A stretch of 59,846 bases of DNA, taken from a virus. Taxonomy: Duplodnaviria > Caudoviricetes. The stretch covers positions 1-59,846 of the IMG/VR virus record IMGVR_UViG_3300030099_005700; one strand, written 5' to 3'. The notes below the pieces were generated by a model. The model did no database searches. It was not told where the DNA came from and saw only the letters and a list, made by a program, of their open reading frames with translations. Positions 36,362 through 45,468 of this stretch are shown in pieces (position 1 is the first letter of the stretch; every line of letters begins with the position of its first letter). The position numbers were made by a program, and so were the translations under genes.

Positions 36362-38532
36362 AATACCGTTATATTAAGAATCTCCGAGACCATACAGCAC
36401 ACAAGACAACCGATCTCAGTAAACTCACTAAGAAGAAGCCCCCTTTCAAAACCAAAGCAGACTACAGGGAATGGTGTGCAGAGACTACAACAAACCATGT
36501 GTTTTATTCTACTCTGGAAGGCAGGGCACCGTCTAAACGGATAAGCAACGACAACCCTGTACACAAAATTTATGGGGTAGTTGCCGACTATGACGCTTCC
36601 GTTGATTGGGCCGCAATCGACAGTGACCTGAAAGTTAAGTGTGCAAAAGACAAAAAACCCACGTGGAGATCCAAGACACAGTCAGGATATCTGCGCCTTG
36701 TGTGGGAGTTCGACAAGCCCATACCTGTGGACCCAAACATGTTTGATACTTTTATGTCAAACATGATGAAGGCCCTGCAACTGGACAAACTGTTCGCAGG
36801 CTTTGATAGTTCCTCCCTTCGCGCAAACCAGTATTTTGAGTTGGGGGAAGATTGGGTGAAAGTGGATGGCTTGCTTTCTTCTAATATAATCCAAGCCGCT
36901 CTTACGAAAACGGTATCTGATAGGCCCCCACAGTCTGAGGATACTTCAATCCCAATCAATATCGTAGCTGAAGAAGTAGAGGATAGATTCCCCAATCGCT
37001 GGGTAGGGGACTTTGAGCTGGGGTCTCGCGGCCCGTTGTTCTGGATTGACGATGGGATAAATCGGGACGGGTGTCAGGTGGTAGAAGATGGCATTGTCTG
37101 CTATAGCGACCGTGCTGGCAAAGGGTTCATGTCGTGGCGCGACATCTTTGGAGCGGGGTTTGTAAAGGAATATGAGGAAAGGAAACTTGCAGGTCTTTTA
37201 GATGACTATTGGTTTAATGGCCGAAGTTTCTTCAAGGTTCTTTACGATAGCGCCGTATCCATACCTAAAGACCAACTAATACTAGAGCTGAAGCAAGCTG
37301 GGTTCTCCCCAAGACCAAGAAAGAATCAGCCACTTTCTGAAGTAGAGGGGGCCCTACTGACGGTCAGCAACCAGAATCGTATTGATGAGATCGCGCCTGT
37401 TGTATTCTCTCCTGACAGAGTTGTGGCATACAACGGGCACCGCATCCTCAACTGTTCTAATATCAGGCCCGTAGAACCAGATGAAGACGGGTGTGAGTCT
37501 AAATGGCCCTTCTTACATGGGTGGCTAAACCAACTATTTGTTGATGGCGAGCAGCCCGCGCTGCACTACTTCTACTCATGGCTTAAGCGGTTTTACGAGT
37601 CTGTTATTGAACGGGAGTTTGTTCAGGGGCAAGCATTACTACTGGTCGGCCCAACCAACAAAGGAAAATCACTGCTATCTAATAGAGTTATAAGTGGTCT
37701 GGTCGGGGGTTACGCAGACGCATCAGATTACCTGTCGGGGCAGACTAAGTTTAACAAAGATCTAGGCAGGGTAGCTACATGGGTAATTGACGACACTACT
37801 TCTGCGGCCTCATTTCGAGACCAGCGGAAAGCGACTGAGTTAATCAAACGCGCTGTAGCAAACCCGCGAGTGGAGTATCAAGCGAAGTATGCAGATGCCA
37901 TGAGCATTCCTTGGACGGGGAGAGTAGTCATGTCACTTAATATGGACATTAACAGTTTGTCCGTTATCCCTTCGTTGGATAGCAGCAACAGGGACAAACT
38001 AATGGCTCTTCGCATCAGTAACAAAGCCACCAGTAATTTCCCAAGAAACTCCATCCTTGAGAAAACCATCGAAGACGAACTGCCTTACTTCGCTAGATTC
38101 CTCATCGATTGGACAATACCCAAGGAGGTGGAGGATGTTGGTAGATTTGGAGTGAAGTCCTTTATCGATACCACTGTTGCTGATGCTGCTTATGACAACA
38201 GTAGCAGAAGCACTATTGCAGAACTTGTCGAGTTCTTCGTCAAGAGGTGTAGAGAACTGAATGATTCGATGACTCATTGGAAAGGTACCCTCACAGAGTT
38301 TCAAGTAGCTGTCCATGATTTCAATAATGGTCGCAACGTGGGGATGTCGAACAACCTTGAATTTGTGCGGCGAGGGATGTCCACTTTAGAGGAGGCAGGA
38401 AAAAACAACCCACATCTCAGGCCCGTGAAATCAAGAGGGAAAGGTGGGGGCAAACTATGGGAAATCAATCTTGATCCTTCTTTCGACATCGACGCGATGA
38501 CTCAAAGGAATCCGGTCGGCGCAGAGCTTTAA
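36358..38532 (+). CDS. Primase-helicase (PrimPol-like N-terminus + SF3-type ATPase)
   Basis: VADYD and TQSGYLRLVW in the N-terminus; LVGPTNKGKS and VIDD in the C-terminus; follows polA. Confidence 0.75.
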   Translation: MKYRYIKNLRDHTAHKTTDLSKLTKKKPPFKTKADYREWCAETTTNHVFYSTLEGRAPSKRISNDNPVHKIYGVVADYDASVDWAAIDSDLKVKCAKDKKPTWRSKTQSGYLRLVWEFDKPIPVDPNMFDTFMSNMMKALQLDKLFAGFDSSSLRANQYFELGEDWVKVDGLLSSNIIQAALTKTVSDRPPQSEDTSIPINIVAEEVEDRFPNRWVGDFELGSRGPLFWIDDGINRDGCQVVEDGIVCYSDRAGKGFMSWRDIFGAGFVKEYEERKLAGLLDDYWFNGRSFFKVLYDSAVSIPKDQLILELKQAGFSPRPRKNQPLSEVEGALLTVSNQNRIDEIAPVVFSPDRVVAYNGHRILNCSNIRPVEPDEDGCESKWPFLHGWLNQLFVDGEQPALHYFYSWLKRFYESVIEREFVQGQALLLVGPTNKGKSLLSNRVISGLVGGYADASDYLSGQTKFNKDLGRVATWVIDDTTSAASFRDQRKATELIKRAVANPRVEYQAKYADAMSIPWTGRVVMSLNMDINSLSVIPSLDSSNRDKLMALRISNKATSNFPRNSILEKTIEDELPYFARFLIDWTIPKEVEDVGRFGVKSFIDTTVADAAYDNSSRSTIAELVEFFVKRCRELNDSMTHWKGTLTEFQVAVHDFNNGRNVGMSNNLEFVRRGMSTLEEAGKNNPHLRPVKSRGKGGGKLWEINLDPSFDIDAMTQRNPVGAEL

Positions 38533-39019
38533 TAGGTAAGTGGTAACCGTCACAAAGATAAGTAAACCCATCGTCGTCCGTTTCCCCCTTATGTTTGAAG
38601 TTTTTTTTCTTAGTAACGTGGTGCCTAGTAGCCCACCCCAACAACCAGACTTTCGATAAGTCCTTGTGTACTCTGGTAAAAAAATAAAGGTCAGCTTGCA
38701 GCTCTTTTTTACCTTGAGAATTAACACTAGCTAAGTAGTGCAGCTTAGGTTTCGTTGTGCAGGTCTTGGACTTAACGTCTACTTTTTTATTGTTGTAGAG
38801 GTAGTCGTGGGTGTAGCACTGCTCACCAACATGCTTAGAGGATTCAATATACTTACCAAAAGCGACTTCACCTAAAAACCCAGTCATGCGCCCTATGCCG
38901 TGGGTATAAGAACTGGGGGGTACCCCCAAGGATTTAGATCGTCTGAAAGCTTCAGCGACATCCTGTTCATCTGGATAGAACAAAACGAACCTGTTCTTTA
39001 ACTGGCAAAATTGACTCAA
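38465..39019 (-). CDS. PD-(D/E)XK-like endonuclease
   Basis: GFLGEVAF...HDY...VDVKSK...ADLYFF...WLLGW pattern. Confidence 0.6.
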   Translation of the reverse strand: MSQFCQLKNRFVLFYPDEQDVAEAFRRSKSLGVPPSSYTHGIGRMTGFLGEVAFGKYIESSKHVGEQCYTHDYLYNNKKVDVKSKTCTTKPKLHYLASVNSQGKKELQADLYFFTRVHKDLSKVWLLGWATRHHVTKKKNFKHKGETDDDGFTYLCDGYHLPIKALRRPDSFESSRRCRKKDQD

Positions 39020-39255
39020 GTCCTATACTGGCGCGTTTTCTTAGCAATTGCTTTAGGCTGTTTAACAAATTGCTTGCCTGCTTTATTGCCTTTCGCTTTA
39101 GCGCGATTGGTTGCCGCTTTTTCAGAAGGAGTCAACGAAGCCCACGCAGCATCAGGAAGATATCTTTTTTTACCTTTGCTGGGTTTTTTATCTGAAGTGC
39201 GCCACTTTTGTTTCGTCCAGCGATCTAAAGATTTCTGTGGGTCTCTCTTTGCCAT
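39016..39255 (-). CDS. Small basic protein (DUF5872-like C-terminal half)
   Basis: QKSLDRWTKQKWRT...RYLPDAAW...GKQFVKQP. Confidence 0.75.
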   Translation of the reverse strand: MAKRDPQKSLDRWTKQKWRTSDKKPSKGKKRYLPDAAWASLTPSEKAATNRAKAKGNKAGKQFVKQPKAIAKKTRQYRT

Positions 39256-39449
39256 TACTTACCGACTTTTTTCATGGCTTCTTTGTGGGCTTGGCCAAAG
39301 GTCTTACCCGCCATCATTGCATTCCTCATCGAAGACATATGCGCTTTTGTGTGATGCACACTATGGCGCTTCATTGTGTCTTCTTGTCTCTTTGTAAGAG
39401 CTTTCTTTTTAAGGAGTTTTTCTCCACGTTTTTGTCTAGGTGTTTTCAT
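39255..39449 (-). CDS. Small basic protein
   Basis: HSVHHTKAHM...GKTFGQAHKEAMKKVGK. Confidence 0.75.
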   Translation of the reverse strand: MKTPRQKRGEKLLKKKALTKRQEDTMKRHSVHHTKAHMSSMRNAMMAGKTFGQAHKEAMKKVGK

Positions 39450-39464
39450 AATAGTTGTTAGTAA

Positions 39465-39653
39465 TTAGTTTCGGTATCCGCCCCCCGCTTTTTTATAGCG
39501 GGCGGCTAGTAACTGCGCTTTCCGTGCTGACCATTGCCCCGCTTTACCGCCTTTCGTACCGCGTTTAATTTCATTGAACATACGGCGACGCATAGAAGGC
39601 TTAGTGTAATTGCCAGCTTCATTAACACGGGACTTATATTTCTTCTTAGGCAT
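39465..39653 (-). CDS. Small basic protein (DUF5872-like N-terminal half)
   Basis: NYTKPSMR...GGKAGQWSARKAQLL..YKKAGGGY. Confidence 0.8.
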   Translation of the reverse strand: MPKKKYKSRVNEAGNYTKPSMRRRMFNEIKRGTKGGKAGQWSARKAQLLAARYKKAGGGYRN

Positions 39654-39657
39654 ATCT

Positions 39658-40266
39658 CTATGGGTTAAGAGCCTGTTCTACTGCTTCGGGGAAGCTCATA
39701 TCTTTAGCCCCTTCTGCTTTTTTTTGTCTCCTGATCTTATGCTCTTGAGCAAGAGCTTTAGACAGTTTCATCATCCGGGGGGCGATCCCCGTCTTATCTC
39801 TAAGAGATTCACGATATTCATTATTATCTAGGAATTCTTTTGATGCTAAATCGAACTCCCCTTTAGCCATGTGTTTTAAGGTTTTAGGGGAACCGGGGAG
39901 CCCTCCACGATAATACGAAGACACAATCTGAAGTTGCAGCTCTGGTTGGAAATCAAAGAAACCTTTTCCAAACCTATCCAAGACGAGTTTAATTTTTTTG
40001 CCTGAGTCTTTACGGGCCAGATCTACGACCTCTTTGTCGGTGAGAGTTTTGTTATAAAAGTCAGATTTCTCATAAGCTTTTTGAGAGCCGTCGCCAATTA
40101 AATGCCCCACACCTATAGTCCATTTGCCCTTACTATCTTTGTAAGGTTTCTTTATTTTCTCTTTGTAAGGGCCGACCTCTTCTGTCCAAAGCTCTTCCAT
40201 TAGCTTATCAATACTAAAAGCGGGTTTAAAAGGGCTCACTAATGCTGTTTTTGGTCCTTCAGGCAT
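39658..40266 (-). CDS. Lysozyme (T4-type/GH24-like), probably virion-associated
   Basis: EEVG...PYKDSKGKWTIGVGH catalytic-loop pattern. Confidence 0.8.
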   Translation of the reverse strand: MPEGPKTALVSPFKPAFSIDKLMEELWTEEVGPYKEKIKKPYKDSKGKWTIGVGHLIGDGSQKAYEKSDFYNKTLTDKEVVDLARKDSGKKIKLVLDRFGKGFFDFQPELQLQIVSSYYRGGLPGSPKTLKHMAKGEFDLASKEFLDNNEYRESLRDKTGIAPRMMKLSKALAQEHKIRRQKKAEGAKDMSFPEAVEQALNP

Positions 40267-40269
40267 TTC

Positions 40270-40569
40270 TTAATTATCTTTGAATCGTTTCGTGAATCTG
40301 TTCCAAGCGGGAAAAAAAATCTCATCCATACAGCGGACGATGGCTTCTTCTTCATATGTCTCACAATAAGTAAGGCCGGAAATACCTAGAGCGGCATGAA
40401 CCATCTCATGTCGGATCGTCTCAATGAGATCTTTCCCTTTCAGGGTTTTGTCTATCTCTATGAGTTTGCGGCGGTGGGAATACACACCATAGCAGTCATC
40501 ATCACCTAAATCTCTGAATCGGATTCGGACCCGAACCCCACCCATGGTTATGCTTTTGGGGACACTCAT
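40270..40569 (-). CDS. Small zincin-like metalloprotein
   Basis: CYGVY...ETIRHEMVHA...EEEAIV. Confidence 0.75.
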   Translation of the reverse strand: MSVPKSITMGGVRVRIRFRDLGDDDCYGVYSHRRKLIEIDKTLKGKDLIETIRHEMVHAALGISGLTYCETYEEEAIVRCMDEIFFPAWNRFTKRFKDN

Positions 40570-41117
40570 CCTCCTGCGAATCTTTCAATCGCACGGGCGT
40601 AGACCCCAACTAAGGCCCCGCGATTGTGGTTAATCATGTCCCACTCTTCTTCATTGCTCCCAAAAAATGGTTCAGCAATCACAGCTACAGGGCGCACCTT
40701 TCGCAACAGGTAGGAGCCACGTTGATTTCGTGTCCTTGGCTTCGGACCCCTAACTTTCATGTCGGGGAAAGAAGCGGACATTTCATCGCTTAAGATACTG
40801 GCAAACTTCTTGCCGCCTTTACTCGTGTGCCAGTAAAGCCATTCGTGCCCAGAGGCTGATGGACCGGCGGAATTAAAATGCAACTCAATGACTGCGTCGA
40901 TGTCGTCTTCTACCAGCTTACGGGCTAGGTAGTTGATCCCACCTACGTAGCTTTTAGCGGGGTATTGGTCGTATATTTTATAATCGACCGACAACACGCT
41001 GGAAATACGCCGCACGATATCGCGGTTGAAATCCCACTCAGAGAGAATGTAGTCGCCTACAGTATAGGCTCCTTGGTCTCTTAACCGAGAGTGTCCGACT
41101 GCCAATCCAATCTTCAT
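40566..41117 (-). CDS. N-acetylmuramoyl-L-alanine amidase (Amidase_3), endolysin
   Basis: LAVGH, SEWDFN, IELHFNS and IAEPFF motifs. Confidence 0.9.
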   Translation of the reverse strand: MKIGLAVGHSRLRDQGAYTVGDYILSEWDFNRDIVRRISSVLSVDYKIYDQYPAKSYVGGINYLARKLVEDDIDAVIELHFNSAGPSASGHEWLYWHTSKGGKKFASILSDEMSASFPDMKVRGPKPRTRNQRGSYLLRKVRPVAVIAEPFFGSNEEEWDMINHNRGALVGVYARAIERFAGG

Positions 41118-41278
41118 TTTTTAAGAATGCGATAGAGTGAAGCCAGCCCCACAGCGATGCCCACGATGAGCGACCCCACTCGTAGCCAGTATTCGAACTG
41201 CTCCTGCATACTTGTGATCAGCCCAATGACGGGTGCTGCCATTCCGATTAAAGAATCAAATATTCGGGTGTTGATCAT
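41114..41278 (-). CDS. Small membrane protein, putative holin (not in ORF track)
   Basis: MINTRIFDSLIGMAAPVIGLITSMQEQFEYWLRVGSLIVGIAVGLASLYRILKK; ATGA-coupled to the amidase. Confidence 0.7.
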   Translation of the reverse strand: MINTRIFDSLIGMAAPVIGLITSMQEQFEYWLRVGSLIVGIAVGLASLYRILKK

Positions 41279-41499
41279 TTGTCGCTCCCAATAATAACCG
41301 CACGGCGGTATGAGTAGTCGCTGTGAAACTTGTGGTCTTTCCGACCCACCAAACTACCTTCGCAGAAATCATACGTTTTCCCCTCGATCAGAGTGATCGT
41401 CGGAGGATCGTACAAGGCGCTTGCGTTCGCGGTCGATGCGTTGGGCAACTCGTTCCATGAGCAACTTGCTAGCGGGATCACCAATAGATGCGAGAGCAT
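41275..41499 (-). CDS. Putative lipoprotein / o-spanin
   Basis: MLSHLLVIPLASC lipobox, overlapping the upstream ORF in another frame. Confidence 0.5.
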   Translation of the reverse strand: MLSHLLVIPLASCSWNELPNASTANASALYDPPTITLIEGKTYDFCEGSLVGRKDHKFHSDYSYRRAVIIGSDK

Positions 41500-41602
41500 C
41501 AAGACGATCTTCCAAGGCGTCGAGATGTCTGTCTCTTTGCAGTCGCACATATTCAACATAGGCTTGAAGAGCAGCAGTTAGCAGTTGGAAGAATGTCTTC
41601 AC
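41369..41602 (-). CDS. Putative i-spanin-like protein
   Basis: Hydrophobic N-terminus then coiled coil, within the lysis cluster. Confidence 0.45.
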   Translation of the reverse strand: MKTFFQLLTAALQAYVEYVRLQRDRHLDALEDRLDALASIGDPASKLLMERVAQRIDRERKRLVRSSDDHSDRGENV

Positions 41603-41778
41603 TTAGACTTCGCCTTACCCACATTCAGGGCGAGCCAGCTAATGACGCCTGAAATCCTTTGCACCCATTTGTTATCCGATTCATTCGGTGTCATGGTTGC
41701 GACTAGTGAGGCCACCGCAATAACGCTGGCTGCAATTTGCAGGAGTTTCTCTGCGTTCTCTGTAATGTATTCGATCAT
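41599..41778 (-). CDS. Putative holin (not in ORF track)
   Basis: MIEYITENAEKLLQIAASVIAVASLVATMTPNESDNKWVQRISGVISWLALNVGKAKSK; TP..D motif typical of small holins. Confidence 0.75.
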   Translation of the reverse strand: MIEYITENAEKLLQIAASVIAVASLVATMTPNESDNKWVQRISGVISWLALNVGKAKSK

Positions 41779-41789
41779 TGAATTAGGGG

Positions 41790-42809
41790 TTACATCATAT
41801 TGCTGGTGTAGTCACCCACACCAGAAGGGTCAAATTTTACAAGTGGTTTTGCTGCACCACGATGGGCGTCGAGCTGTTCGTCAAGGATAGCGCGGCAGAT
41901 GCCCCAGTGGTAATTGGCGCGTTCTAGATCAGCATTGTCTTCAGCGGTGGTCCCCAGTAGAGCATGTTTGATTGCGCCTAGACTTGAGATAAAGACAACA
42001 TCGGTGCTGTTTAACAGTTGCTTAAACTTTCTCTTGAGCAGCAGCCGCAAAGACATTGTGTCTGAGTCATTATTAGAAAGACGGTATCGGCGGTAACGAG
42101 TAACTTGGTTGGCTTGTTGAAGGTCAGTAGCCGCGACCAGAGAAACAGAAGATCCCTCTTCTTCCCAAGTTAGCTTAACGGGGGCAGACAAATCTTCTGT
42201 GCCAACACGGATTTCACTGATACTGGTTATATCATCAGCAGATGTAAGAAGCCCTGTTTCACCACCACAGGTAAACTTGCCCCCGTCCCCGCTAGTAGTG
42301 GCAGAGTCAGAAAGGGAAGTATTTGTGCCGTCAGAAAAAGTAACATGAACTGTACCTGAAGAAGGTAAAACTGAAGAGGGGCTAATAGGCTGTAGCTTCA
42401 ACTTATACGTTTTACCCGACGCGGGTTCTTCAACAGTAGGCGTATACCCATCGTCCACAATCCCCACTGCCTGCATAACATCCCCATCATCGTCGCGCCC
42501 AAAAAGCCTATAGTCGTAGAACTGAGCTTTTACTGACTGAGGATACGAATAATCAGTTGTACTGGAATCAGGGTCTAATACAGCAGAAATAATAGACTCC
42601 GCACTATCGGGGATAGTAAAAGTCGTAGATGATGTGGTTACTACATGCTCAAAAAGCAGGTCCCGCCACATTCCCATATTATAAAGACGAGGGAGAGCTA
42701 AATTCAGTTCTTTTCTAAACTGTGGGGTCCCTTCAACACCCTGTGCTGCGGGTGACCCGCATGAAGCTTGAAGGGCGTCAGTTACCCCTTGGACAGTCAA
42801 CGTGGCCAT
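41790..42809 (-). CDS. Structural protein (head-tail adaptor/tail-like)
   Basis: 339 aa in the structural block; helical termini around a beta-rich core. Confidence 0.55.
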   Translation of the reverse strand: MATLTVQGVTDALQASCGSPAAQGVEGTPQFRKELNLALPRLYNMGMWRDLLFEHVVTTSSTTFTIPDSAESIISAVLDPDSSTTDYSYPQSVKAQFYDYRLFGRDDDGDVMQAVGIVDDGYTPTVEEPASGKTYKLKLQPISPSSVLPSSGTVHVTFSDGTNTSLSDSATTSGDGGKFTCGGETGLLTSADDITSISEIRVGTEDLSAPVKLTWEEEGSSVSLVAATDLQQANQVTRYRRYRLSNNDSDTMSLRLLLKRKFKQLLNSTDVVFISSLGAIKHALLGTTAEDNADLERANYHWGICRAILDEQLDAHRGAAKPLVKFDPSGVGDYTSNMM

Positions 42810-42814
42810 ATAAG

Positions 42815-42843
42815 AAAGTAACAGATGGGGGGTTAGGGGTCAA
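42815..42843 (-). promoter_or_regulatory. Putative promoter, near-leaderless
   Basis: TTGACC-17-TACTTT, 5 nt before ATG 42809. Confidence 0.6.
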
Positions 42844-42872
42844 GATTGACGCCCCCGCGTTAGAGTTACTTT

Positions 42873-43901
42873 TTAAGGGGAATTAGTGGTGTGGAAGCGG
42901 TCCATGACAACCGTGTTCCAAGATACATCGTTAGATACATTTTGGTCAATTAGTGCATCTTCAGTGACGGTCCCCAATTTTATCTTATAGACGCCTTCAT
43001 CACCTCCTTCAGGCTGGCCTGTAGCATCGTTAGGGACTCCCGCAGCACGGCGATCTGTAGTGGTGGTGCCCATAGTAATGCCTCCAATAGCATTTCCTGT
43101 TGGGTCACCCACCTGAACCCAGCACTTTTCTACTTCGTTGGCTACATTCTCTGTATTAACTTTCCAACAAAGATAGACATCCCCGTAACCAACTAGCTGG
43201 TGGTATATGCTGGGGATTGTGGGGTCCATATCTTTCCAATCACTAGCCTCTGCGGGTTCTGGTCCGATTTTGGGGGTTACTTGTGTTATGTTACCTATAC
43301 CTGCCTGTTTTGCCCCGCTACAATATGTGATCTGAGCGGGGCTTATGGTGCAGGTGTGGGATAAATTACCGCTACTTCCTGAATATGTGCTGCCATCGGT
43401 GGCTTTAACCCCTGATGTCGTAGATTCGTTGGGGTTATCTGTCGTAGATTCGTTGGGGCTATCGGTATTAGTAGTCGACGGGGATCCTGTGTTAGTAACA
43501 GTGGACCCTGTAGACCCCCCGTGATCGTGAGTGCTAGAACCCACTGTAGCAGGATCAATCGTATGTGTATGAGAAGTTACGCCGTGCGTGTGATTAAAAG
43601 AATGATGATGATCATGTTCATGGGTATGAACATGTTCGTGGGCGTGATCTGCATGATCAGCAATCGTGCAGGTTAAATCTTGCTGATTGAATTTTAACTC
43701 AAAAGAATCGACCCGATAGTGTAGCTCCCCGTAAGCAACCTTTGCGCCACCATCACCGTGCATCAGTGCAAACGCATGGGGGCGGTGCAGGAGTTCTCCT
43801 GCGGATCTTTCGTAAGAATGACCAGCCCCTTCAAATGATCCCTGATGAGAACCATCAGGGTAATTTGGGTCAGGGATCGGATCTAGCTCAATGGGGGCCA
43901 C
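42873..43901 (-). CDS. Tail fibre/spike-like protein with His-rich insert
   Basis: HADHAHEHVHTHEHDHHHSFNHTH and further HxH motifs in a S/T/G-rich stretch. Confidence 0.6.
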   Translation of the reverse strand: MAPIELDPIPDPNYPDGSHQGSFEGAGHSYERSAGELLHRPHAFALMHGDGGAKVAYGELHYRVDSFELKFNQQDLTCTIADHADHAHEHVHTHEHDHHHSFNHTHGVTSHTHTIDPATVGSSTHDHGGSTGSTVTNTGSPSTTNTDSPNESTTDNPNESTTSGVKATDGSTYSGSSGNLSHTCTISPAQITYCSGAKQAGIGNITQVTPKIGPEPAEASDWKDMDPTIPSIYHQLVGYGDVYLCWKVNTENVANEVEKCWVQVGDPTGNAIGGITMGTTTTDRRAAGVPNDATGQPEGGDEGVYKIKLGTVTEDALIDQNVSNDVSWNTVVMDRFHTTNSP

Positions 43902-43904
43902 TTA

Positions 43905-45254
43905 TCAAGAGGGGGTAAAAACAGTTATTACTTCTAGCAAGTAACCACCTCTGAACGGTTGTTGAGTAGCCGCCCCTATGAATGAAGGAGAAGGCCAGTC
44001 CGTTGGGTCAGAGGCCGTACACCAAGGTTTAGGAAAAGCATAGTCGCCTAGTTTGTAAACAGGGTCACCTGTTCCAATAAAATCTGTGAGAGTAATGGCT
44101 TCTGTAAGCACGTTGGAAACGCTAACGCTAAACTGAACCCCGCTGTAAGACGCGCTTGTAGTCTTAAAAACCTTCGGCGCGGGGGGAGTAAGGGGGTCTT
44201 TGCTCCATATCTGCAATACCGACATCTTAGTCGGGCCACTAAACCCATCCTTACCCTCTTTATTCCTGACAGTCACTGTGGTGCTACTACTGCCGTCTTT
44301 CTTGTTTGCAGTAGTAAATACCATGCCCCCAACCACAGAAGGCCAAGTATAATTACGGTAAGTGGTAAACTCACGGATTTTCTTGCCGTGAGTGCCATAA
44401 GTAGTGTGGTCCTCTGCATCTTGTGGGATTACATCCTGCAAAGTTACTTTCCACCAATCATGGCTTACCTGCTCTGCTTCATGGTTAATCCCTGATCTGT
44501 CCAACCCCCATACAGCCTCATCTTCCCAAGCTACTGTGCCTGCTGTCTCATTGGCTGGCGTATCAGCCCCACCTCCATGAGGTGCCCTGTATGTCTCTCC
44601 CCTGTAAACTAATTTCTCTACAGTTCGTAAAACGCCCTCTGTAGCGGGGTCCATTTTATGAGTGGATATGTCTATCCTCCTGAAATAGACTCGTTGTTCA
44701 ACTACGAACAAGCCATCCAATTCTTGATCACCTATTCTCTTCTGTTGACGAGTCAGCAGAATGTAATCTTTAGAGGTAGGGGTTTCATCAGGGTCGTCAT
44801 TGTTATCATAAGTAACAATGTCTTCCGCAGCAAACTGACTAGTCGGATCCGGCATAGTCTCCCCCGCCTTGTGGGAAGCATCTACATCTGAAAACCCAGA
44901 TCGCAACGTGACATAAGTTCTTACTACTGTGTCGTATTTGTTGCCCCCAATATCAGCTTGACTGAACTCAAAGTTGTAATCGTCCTGCGAGGCTCTATCG
45001 GCTGCGTAGTAATACTCATACATCAGGCCATTCGCATCGGCCTGCTTGACGAAGCACAACTTGTGGTTTGGGAAGTTCTCTGTGTCAGGGTGCGCGGTCC
45101 CGTAGACAGGGAGGTTAGCCTCTATTTCTGCCGGAGTATTACCAATCTTCTGCGCATCAACCGTCTCAAAGAATAGCAGATCGGCTACCTTCGGAGAAAC
45201 GAAGGAAAGGACGGACTGCCTCTGTGGGCTGGGCTGATTCCTAGATACGGGCAT
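43905..45254 (-). CDS. Structural (tail) protein
   Basis: 449 aa in the structural block. Confidence 0.55.
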   Translation of the reverse strand: MPVSRNQPSPQRQSVLSFVSPKVADLLFFETVDAQKIGNTPAEIEANLPVYGTAHPDTENFPNHKLCFVKQADANGLMYEYYYAADRASQDDYNFEFSQADIGGNKYDTVVRTYVTLRSGFSDVDASHKAGETMPDPTSQFAAEDIVTYDNNDDPDETPTSKDYILLTRQQKRIGDQELDGLFVVEQRVYFRRIDISTHKMDPATEGVLRTVEKLVYRGETYRAPHGGGADTPANETAGTVAWEDEAVWGLDRSGINHEAEQVSHDWWKVTLQDVIPQDAEDHTTYGTHGKKIREFTTYRNYTWPSVVGGMVFTTANKKDGSSSTTVTVRNKEGKDGFSGPTKMSVLQIWSKDPLTPPAPKVFKTTSASYSGVQFSVSVSNVLTEAITLTDFIGTGDPVYKLGDYAFPKPWCTASDPTDWPSPSFIGAATQQPFRGGYLLEVITVFTPS

Positions 45255-45422
45255 TTAGTCTGAAACCTCCACTTCGGGTTCCGGCTGTGGTTCATCTACA
45301 GCAAACTTAGCAGCCAGTTGCGCTGCTGCGCCTGCCACGTTAAGTCCACCAGCTTTTACTGCGATATCGATGAGCTGGACCAAGGCACTGCGTTCGTTGT
45401 CGGATAGTTCGATTTTAGCCAT
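45255..45422 (-). CDS. Small protein (55 aa, not in ORF track)
   Basis: MAKIELSDNERSALVQLIDIAVKAGGLNVAGAAAQLAAKF...; fills the gap and has its own promoter. Confidence 0.7.
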   Translation of the reverse strand: MAKIELSDNERSALVQLIDIAVKAGGLNVAGAAAQLAAKFAVDEPQPEPEVEVSD

Positions 45423-45431
45423 ATGCGGGGC

Positions 45432-45460
45432 AACGTAAGGGGTGGGGGATCGGGGTTCAA
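45432..45460 (-). promoter_or_regulatory. Putative promoter
   Basis: TTGAAC-17-TACGTT, 9 nt before ATG 45422. Confidence 0.5.
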
Positions 45461-45468
45461 CTATTTTC

